The notes below the pieces were generated by a model that was given only the letters and a program-made list of their open reading frames with translations, was not told the DNA's origin and did not search any database. 32,000 bases of DNA, taken from NCBI GenBank assembly GCA_963718915.1, contig CAVRAI010000006.1:150001-182000 (forward strand), read 5' to 3'. This DNA comes from an uncultured Chloroflexia bacterium. GTDB lineage: Bacteria; Chloroflexota; Ktedonobacteria; Ktedonobacterales; JADMIN01. This document shows positions 8,689 through 14,671 of the stretch, one piece after another (position 1 is the first letter of the stretch; every line of letters starts with the position of its first letter). The position numbers and the translations under genes were made by a program.

Positions 8689-9476
8689 AGCGCCCACCTC
8701 CTCTCTGGCCGTCGTTGGCGGAGCGTGGCGAAGTCGGCGCGCCCGCCCTCCTCATGCAGTCCCAGGTAGAAGGTGCGCACGCTCTCGTCGCGCAGCAGTT
8801 CCGCCGCGCTCTGGTCGAGCACAACCTGTCCGGTCTCCAGCACGTAGCCATGGGTTGCGTGGGTCAGCGCCATCCGGGCGTTCTGCTCCACCAGCAAGAC
8901 CGCGGTGCCCCCGGCGCTAATCTCGCCGATAATGGCGCCAATCTGCTGCACCATCACCGGCGCCAGCCCAAGCGATGGCTCGTCGAGCAGCAGCAGCCGG
9001 GGATTGGCCATCAGCGCGCGCCCAATGGCGAGCATCTGCTGCTCGCCGCCAGAGAGGTAGCCCGCCGCGCTCCGGCGACGCTCGCGCAGAATCGGGAAAA
9101 GCTCCATCACGCGCTCGTAGCTCCGGCGCGTCGCGGCGGCGTCACGTGAGGCGTATGCCCCCGCGCGCAGATTTTCGTCCACCGTCAGCGAGCCGAAGAG
9201 CCGCCGACCCTCCAGCACCTGCGCGATGCCCATACGCACGATACGTGTGGCGTCCAGCGTGGTGATCGGTTGGCCGTCGAACTCCACCGAGCCGTGGGTG
9301 ATGCGTCCACCTTGGGATCGCAGCAGGCCCGAGATCGCCCGCAGGATGCTCGTCTTGCCCGCGCCATTCGCGCCCAGCAGGGCCACCACACCGCGTTCCG
9401 GCGCCTCCAGCGTCACCCCGCGCACCGCCTTGATGACGCCCTGATAGGTCACCTCAAGCTCCCGGACGACCAGCAT
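8685..9476 (-). CDS. LivF-like ABC transporter ATP-binding protein
   Basis: 263 aa. Walker A GANGAGKTS, signature LSGGEQQMLAIGRAL, Walker B LLLLDEPSLGLAP, H-loop region VEQNA. Confidence 0.9.
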   Translation of the reverse strand: MLVVRELEVTYQGVIKAVRGVTLEAPERGVVALLGANGAGKTSILRAISGLLRSQGGRITHGSVEFDGQPITTLDATRIVRMGIAQVLEGRRLFGSLTVDENLRAGAYASRDAAATRRSYERVMELFPILRERRRSAAGYLSGGEQQMLAIGRALMANPRLLLLDEPSLGLAPVMVQQIGAIIGEISAGGTAVLLVEQNARMALTHATHGYVLETGQVVLDQSAAELLRDESVRTFYLGLHEEGGRADFATLRQRRPERRWAL

Positions 9477-9550
9477 CTAGGCTACCTCCCGCTGACTCCG
9501 ATAGTGGCGTGTGTTTTCACAACCCGCAGCAGTATGAACGTTCACTGATT

Positions 9551-9670
9551 CCTCCGAACACCGCGCGTTGTGGCGGGCGAGGCAGACCGTAGCGTTGACG
9601 CAACGGTGAATTTCCCTCCACCCATTCGCCGTGGCCTTCAGGCTACGGCGCGCATCCCTCACTGCCAACG
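9551..9670 (-). repeat. Structured intergenic repeat, copy 4 (inverted orientation)
   Basis: The + strand reads CCTCCGAACACC...ACCGTAGCG-TTGA-CGCAACGGT (9586-9607) GAATTTCCC...CCCATTCGCC GCCGTGGCC-TTCA-GGCTACGGC (9628-9649). This aligns block by block with the reverse complement of the copy at 22345-22481. Confidence 0.65.
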
Positions 9671-9687
9671 CTCCAAAGGAATCGCTA

Positions 9688-10857
9688 CTACTCGGCCCAT
9701 TCGCCAACCTTCACATGCCCTTTGAATAGATTGCGCGCGATAATGAAACGTTGAATCTCGTCGGTTCCATCGAAGATACGGAAGACGCGCATCTCGCGAT
9801 ACCAGCGCTCGATGGGCAGTTCGCGGGTGTAGCCCATGCCGCCGTGGATCTGAAGCATGCGGTCCACGACGCGGTTCGCCATATTCGCGCCGTAGAGTTT
9901 CGCCATCGCGGCCTGGTGGCGGTTATCCTGACCACGGTCGGCGAGCCAGGCCGCCCGCAGCGTGATCCACTTTGTCGCCTCGATCTCCACCGCCGAGTCG
10001 GCAATCATCCACTGGATCGCCTGTCGATCCGCCAGCGGCTGCCCGAAGGTGACGCGGTTCTTCGCGTGCTCGATGGACATCTCCATCATGCGCTCACATG
10101 CGCCTACCGCACGCGCGGGGATCGCCCAGCGCGCCGCGCCAATCCATTGCATCGCCGTATCGAACCCGTGCCCGACCTCGCCGAGCACGTTTTCTTCGGG
10201 CACGCGCACATCCTCAAAGATCAGCGCCGCTGGATCCCATGCCCCCATGGTAGCAATACGTTCGGAACGCCATCCCATCTCACGATCTACCAGGAAACAC
10301 GTAATGCCGCCGTGTGGCCCCGCCTCCTTATCGTTGACGGCGAAGACCATCGTGAAGTCGGCCTCGTTGCCGTTGGTGATGAAGATCTTCTCGCCATTCA
10401 GCACCCACTCGTGGCCGTCTTTCACCGCCGACATACGGATGTTGCCCGCGTCCGATCCGGCTCCCGGCTCGGTGAGCGCGAAGCACGACCGGAGCGTGCC
10501 CTCGATGGTCGGTAGCAGGTAGCGATGTTTCTGCTCTTCATTGCAGGCGTAGAGGATGTTATCGGCGGCGCCGCCGAAGCTGAATGGCACGAACGTCCGC
10601 CCCAGCTCGATCAGGGTCAGGCAGGTGGCGACTGAGCCGAGATTCGCTCCGCCATACTCCTCCGGCGTGTTGATGCCCCAGAAGCCCAGGTCGCGCGCCT
10701 TTGTCTGTAACGCGCGTAGTTGCCCCGGCTCTAATCCAGGGCGCCCCTCGCGCTCGTTGCGCAGGACATCGCCTTCCAGCGGCATCAATTCGCGCCGCAC
10801 GAAGTCTCGCACCGTCTGCTGGATAAGCTTCTCTTCGGGAGCCAGCGTGAAGTCCAT
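9688..10857 (-). CDS. Acyl-CoA dehydrogenase
   Basis: Start at MDFTLAPEEKLIQQTVRDF (complement of 10855-10857), preceded by GGAGGGTG. Contains ALTEPGAGSDAG, FITNG and the C-terminal IFDGTDEIQRFIIAR motif of the ACAD family. Confidence 0.9.
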   Translation of the reverse strand: MDFTLAPEEKLIQQTVRDFVRRELMPLEGDVLRNEREGRPGLEPGQLRALQTKARDLGFWGINTPEEYGGANLGSVATCLTLIELGRTFVPFSFGGAADNILYACNEEQKHRYLLPTIEGTLRSCFALTEPGAGSDAGNIRMSAVKDGHEWVLNGEKIFITNGNEADFTMVFAVNDKEAGPHGGITCFLVDREMGWRSERIATMGAWDPAALIFEDVRVPEENVLGEVGHGFDTAMQWIGAARWAIPARAVGACERMMEMSIEHAKNRVTFGQPLADRQAIQWMIADSAVEIEATKWITLRAAWLADRGQDNRHQAAMAKLYGANMANRVVDRMLQIHGGMGYTRELPIERWYREMRVFRIFDGTDEIQRFIIARNLFKGHVKVGEWAE

Positions 10858-10978
10858 TATCACCCTCCACGAATAACGACAGGTTGTCTCGCCATTCTCG
10901 ATTCTGGCGCCCTGCCCGGCCATTGCTCTGACTACGCTCTGAACTTGCGATGACTTTTATGAGTGCTACGCCACCGGT

Positions 10979-11791
10979 TTACACCAGCGCCGCTTCGGTT
11001 GCCGCCTCGTCCCCTGAGTGGGGCGTGTAGCCGTTCCATTCCGAGAGTCTGCGCGCGGCGGCGCGGACAGTATTGACGACGTTGGCCAGATGCCGCTCAT
11101 CGAGCTGCGACGTGATGCACACACATGAGATAACCAACTCGACCTGCCCGGTCTTCCCGAAGATGGGAGCATCCACGGCGGTCGCGCCCCGGTGAAATTC
11201 GCCATCGGAGACGGCGTATCCCTGGCGTCGCACACGGCGCAGCGCCTCGATGAACTGAGCGGAATCGGTGATGGTAGTTGGCGTGATGTGACGCAGCCCG
11301 GCCGCGATATGGCGCTGCCACTCCGCCTCGTCATCGAATGCCAGGAAACAGCGTCCGTGTGCGCCCGCCGTCAGCGGGATCGCCTCGCCGATGGAGATGC
11401 TCAGGCGCGTGAACCGATTATCGTCGACTGGTGGCTCAGCCGAGGCGATAAAGACGGGAAGGTCGTCCCAGCGCTGAACCAGCGCGGTAATCAGGCCGGT
11501 CTGCGCCGCGACGCGCTTGATCTCCGCCGCCGCTCGCGCGAAGGCGTCATTCAGCTCAGCGGCGCGGTTGCCGAGCGGGATGAGATACGGGCCGAGGCTG
11601 TACTTGCGCGTCTCTCGGTCGTAGCGGACGAAATCTTCGCGTTCGAGCGAGCGGAGGATACGCAGACAGGTCGTCGGGCTGGCGTCGAGCCGGGTCGCGA
11701 TGACTTTCAAGGACGAGGACCGGTACTTGTGGCGGCTGAGCAGCTTTAGCGCCTGCGCTGCCAGCGCAACGGACGGAACGCCGTACTCCAT
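10979..11791 (-). CDS. IclR family transcriptional regulator
   Basis: 270 aa. N-terminal winged-HTH region (ALKLLSRH...LKVIATRLDASPTTCLRILRSLEREDFVRYD) followed by an IclR-type effector domain of normal length. Confidence 0.9.
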   Translation of the reverse strand: MEYGVPSVALAAQALKLLSRHKYRSSSLKVIATRLDASPTTCLRILRSLEREDFVRYDRETRKYSLGPYLIPLGNRAAELNDAFARAAAEIKRVAAQTGLITALVQRWDDLPVFIASAEPPVDDNRFTRLSISIGEAIPLTAGAHGRCFLAFDDEAEWQRHIAAGLRHITPTTITDSAQFIEALRRVRRQGYAVSDGEFHRGATAVDAPIFGKTGQVELVISCVCITSQLDERHLANVVNTVRAAARRLSEWNGYTPHSGDEAATEAALV

Positions 11792-11816
11792 CGCCCCCTC
11801 CCGGACATCATCGTCC

Positions 11817-11838
11817 GTGATTTCATATATGAAATCAC
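11817..11838. promoter_or_regulatory. Perfect 22-bp AT-rich palindrome GTGATTTCATA|TATGAAATCAC, 26 bp upstream of the IclR start; candidate operator
   Basis: Read directly from the sequence and verified by reverse complement. It is the only copy in the window and stands out in GC-rich surroundings. Confidence 0.5.
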
Positions 11839-11950
11839 ATTTCGTCGCTGCGGGATGTCAGCAGTATACACAGTTGAGTTCTGCCCGTCAACACACAAGA
11901 TTGCGGTTGTTTCTTAGCAAATTTTGCGGACAGCCCAGCCGCGTGAGGTG

Positions 11951-11990
11951 GTTTTAGAATTTATGGGGGGACACGCGGCTGGCGGTTCAT
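11951..11990 (+). repeat. Possible truncated left end of the structured intergenic repeat
   Basis: TTTTAGAATTTATGGGGGGACACGCGGCTGGCGG resembles the left parts TTTTAGAATTACCTCCGAACACGGTACTCGGGTGGG (22345-) and TAGAAATAACCCCGTACCGCGTGCTGGCGTGGG (14307-). The rest of the element is missing. Confidence 0.3.
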
Positions 11991-11996
11991 GTGGTT

Positions 11997-12110
11997 TTAG
12001 GTTCTGTTGACATTTATGCGGGACCATTCAGCGTAATCAAACGAGCGCACACGCGAACACGAACGTTTCGCGGTCGAGATAGCCATGCTCTTTCGCTTTT
12101 CAAAGGAGTA
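11997..12110 (-). mobile_element. Remnant end of an IS5-family element (terminal inverted repeat plus decayed 3' end of the transposase gene)
   Basis: TTAG-GTTCTGTTGACATTTATGCGGGACC matches the IS termini at 13482-13510 and 14281-14309. Downstream, CAAACGAGCGCACA is shared with the intact copy. The reverse-strand translation ...GYLDRETFVFACALV* parallels the intact transposase tail ...KLDRSFLGFVHFVCALVWLR*. Confidence 0.55.
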
Positions 12111-12134
12111 TGGGACACACTGGTAAATTCTCCT

Positions 12135-12776
12135 TCAGGGTACATTAAGGATGATATCCTTCAATTCAATTAGAGTTTCGATTCGATAGCGAGCTGGTGA
12201 AAAATCCTGTCCTTTTGTAAAGTCGTTATAGACAATGACACAGTCAATACCGGCCGCCACGGCCGAGTTCAGCCCTCTGGATGAATCCTCTACAACCAGT
12301 GTCTCTTCTTTGGTGGCTCCGAAGCGTTGTAAGCCGGTCAGGTACGGTTCCGGGTGCGGCTTGGCGAACTTGTAGTCTTCGCGAACAAGGACGAAATCCA
12401 TGAATTGTCTAATTTGGCGCTTTTCATGGATAATTTCAAAATCCACACGTTTTGCGGTCGTCACGATGGCCATGCGGACATATTTCGACAGTTCAGCAAG
12501 AGTTTCAACGACGCCTTCAATCTCAATGGGTTCTGTTCTAAGATATTCCTGGTAGTAATCATTACGAACCTCACGCAGCCTGCTAATGGTCTGTTCATCA
12601 ATACCTGCCGCCGTGGCTTGCGCCCAAGTGCCCAATCCCTGGTTCATGTCCCGGAGGTATTGATCCTTGTCCAAAGGCAAACCAATGTCCGCCAGGGCGC
12701 GTTCTCCAGCTTTGTAATACCAGAATTCGGTATCCACCAGGACACCATCATGATCGAAGAGTATGTACTTTTTCAC
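12135..12776 (-). CDS. HAD-superfamily hydrolase, subfamily IA (phosphatase / beta-phosphoglucomutase-like)
   Basis: Motif I FDHDGVLVDTE and late motif VVEDSSRGLNSAVAAGI. The preferred start is the GTG at 12776, preceded by GGAAAGGA; the track starts at a CTG at 12806. GC is much lower than the flanks (23/60 and 27/60 in two sampled lines). Confidence 0.85.
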   Translation of the reverse strand: MKKYILFDHDGVLVDTEFWYYKAGERALADIGLPLDKDQYLRDMNQGLGTWAQATAAGIDEQTISRLREVRNDYYQEYLRTEPIEIEGVVETLAELSKYVRMAIVTTAKRVDFEIIHEKRQIRQFMDFVLVREDYKFAKPHPEPYLTGLQRFGATKEETLVVEDSSRGLNSAVAAGIDCVIVYNDFTKGQDFSPARYRIETLIELKDIILNVP

Positions 12777-12984
12777 TCTCTTGTTCCTTTCCGGTAGCCG
12801 CAGCAACCATGTGCGCCATCACGAATCGCACCGTGATCACCGATAATAGTCAACACGATCGCACCTGATGTCTTCAGGCCTTCTAGTACTCAGTCCAGTT
12901 GGGTTATGACAGTCGAGGCAGATTGCTGGGGTCTGCTGGTGGCTGCGGCTCTGAGCGCCGGTCTGCCGCCGGTTCCCGGTAGGA

Positions 12985-13371
12985 CTAAGGCGCAAGGGGA
13001 AACGGTCCGGCTAATTGGAATAACACGACAATTACGGCAATGAAAGCCAAGGGCAGGAGCGTGCCTCCATAGCCGAGCACGAGACCAGCCGTGGCGAGCA
13101 CCGCGCCGCTGCTGCCTAGCATGGCACGACCGGCGCGGGCGAGATGGCCGAGCACGACGCCCATGACGCCGCAGGCTACGCTGAGGGCAAAGAACCACCC
13201 GAGGAGAAAGAACCATCCGTGTAGGGAAAAGATTACAGCGGTATAGGCTCCGAAGAGGAGGAGACTGAGGATGCCACAGAGGAGGCTGGCGACGGCTGTG
13301 GCCAGCAGCCAGGGCGCAGTGGTGGCTGCGGCCTGAGGACCGTCGGGCAAAGGAAGGGGTGACGGTAACAC
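12985..13371 (-). CDS. Small membrane protein, DUF4190-like
   Basis: Three to four hydrophobic helices. The segment VVLGHLARAGRAMLGSSGAVLATAGLVLGYGG resembles the DUF4190 pattern. The start is uncertain: the GTG at 13371 is preceded by GAGGAG, while the track uses a TTG at 13452. Confidence 0.5.
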   Translation of the reverse strand: MLPSPLPLPDGPQAAATTAPWLLATAVASLLCGILSLLLFGAYTAVIFSLHGWFFLLGWFFALSVACGVMGVVLGHLARAGRAMLGSSGAVLATAGLVLGYGGTLLPLAFIAVIVVLFQLAGPFPLAP

Positions 13372-13481
13372 CAGCTTACTCCTCGGACTACCTAGCGTCC
13401 CACTGTCGCAGTGTGTGGGCGCCAACGTGACAGATGCTAGCGGCCGAAGCAATCGCTGTCAAGTTCTCTGTGGACTGGGCA

Positions 13482-14309
13482 CTAGGTTCTTTTGCCATTT
13501 AGGCAGGGCCTTCACCGCAACCAAACGAGCGCACAAACGAAGTGGACAAAGCCGAGAAAGGAGCGGTCCAGTTTCTCGAAACGCGAGAAGATGCGGCGAA
13601 AGTGCTTGAGTTTATTGAAGCAGCATTCGACCAGATGGCGTTCGCGGTAGACCCAGGGATCGTACTCGCGTTTGACCTTGGCGCACTGATGCGGTGGAAT
13701 GGCCGCCTCACAGCCGCGCTGATTCACGTAGGCGATGAACGGCGCTCCGGCATAGCCCCGATCTGCCAGGACTTTCTGGAAGGTCAACGCAGTGAGCAAC
13801 GCCTCGGCTTGGATGCTGTCGTGGCGTTGGCCAGGCGTCAAGATGACGCGTAAGGGATTGCCTAAACCGTCAACGGTGAGGTGGATTTTGCAACTGAAGC
13901 CGCCGCGACTCCGCCCGAGCGCTTGCGCCCCGTATTTTTTTGCGCGCTTGCGGCACAGGGATGGGCCCGCACAATCGTGGCGTCAATCATCCCATGTTCG
14001 GTATCGGGGTCGCTGGCCAACGCAGCGAGCAGGCGTTCCCACACCCCAGCTTCGCACCAGCGCACAAACCGCTTGTACACGCTATTCCACGCCCCATATT
14101 CCGCAGGCAGCAAGCGCCATTGCGCCACTGCGGCTCATCCACTTCACCGCCTCCACGAAGCGGCGGCACGCCTGCTCATCTCGGCCGATGTAGGCCTGCG
14201 ACTCCTGGCGCAAGAACGGGTGGATCTTGGTCCAGTCGGCGTCGCTCAATCGAATGTCGGTCATGCCTCCTACTCTAGGGGGTCCTGCCTAAATGTCAAC
14301 AGAACCTAG
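13482..14309 (-). mobile_element. IS5-family insertion sequence (IS427/IS1031-like size, about 0.82 kb) with imperfect terminal inverted repeats and CTAG flanks
   Basis: The left end is CTAGGTTCTTTTGCCATTTAGGCAGGGCC (13482-13510). The reverse complement of the right end is CTAGGTTCTGTTGACATTTAGGCAGGACC (14281-14309); the two match at 26/29 positions. If CTAG is the target duplication, the element proper is 13486-14305. Confidence 0.85.
13512..14264 (-). pseudogene. IS5-family DDE transposase in three frame segments (one canonical -1 slippery site plus one unexpected frameshift)
   Basis: The segments are MTDIRLSDADWTKIHPFL...WMSRSGA, then [32 protein letters not shown]...[19 protein letters not shown], then [40 protein letters not shown]...LADRGYAG...ECCFNKLKHFRRIFSRFEKLDRSF. 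An A7 run (T7 on the + strand, 13935-13941) joins segments 2 and 3 by a -1 shift. Segments 1 and 2 need a 1-nt correction near 14118-14130. Confidence 0.8.
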
Positions 14310-14455
14310 AAATAACCCCGTACCGCGTGCTGGCGTGGGCCTGCCGGAGCCTGCCAGCAAATGGGCCAGAGAGACCGGGAAATTCGCCGTAGCGTTCACG
14401 CTACGGCCTACCTCGCCCCACCGCAAAGCCCGTCTCCGTCGCACATGCTAAAACG
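14306..14455 (+). repeat. Structured intergenic repeat, copy 2 (abuts the IS right end)
   Basis: CTAGAAATAACCCCG...GTGGGCCTGCCGGAGCCTGCCAGCAAATGGG...GAAATTCGCC, the hairpin GCCGTAGCG-TTCA-CGCTACGGC (14386-14407), then CTACCTCGCCCCACC...GCTAAAACG. Confidence 0.75.
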
Positions 14456-14671
14456 ACATAAACCCCGCCTGAATGGCCTCGCTGCGCTCCGCCACGAAAC
14501 CCGCGACGGCGGGTTGTAGCGATCCACTCGCCAGCGGGTCTCGCGTTGGGACCCGGTCTGAGAGTCCGCGCAGGCGGACTTCGTGGCCGCAGGCCGTAAA
14601 GGCGCGACTTCAGTCGCCCGCCGATGCGCTTGCTTGCGCAAATCGAAGCTCTTGGGTAGACTAGGGCCACG

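Noticed and set aside
11991-12173. 60-aa plus-strand ORF across the IS remnant
   Set aside because: It lies over a decayed IS end and runs antisense into the HAD gene terminus, with no motif or ribosome-binding site.
14551-14575. GGTCTGAGAG resembles the CTGAGA core of a TPP riboswitch
   Set aside because: The other conserved TPP-element segments (the GGGG…ACCC pairing context and the ACCTGATCTGGATAATGCCAGCG-like arm) are absent, and no thiamine-related gene follows.
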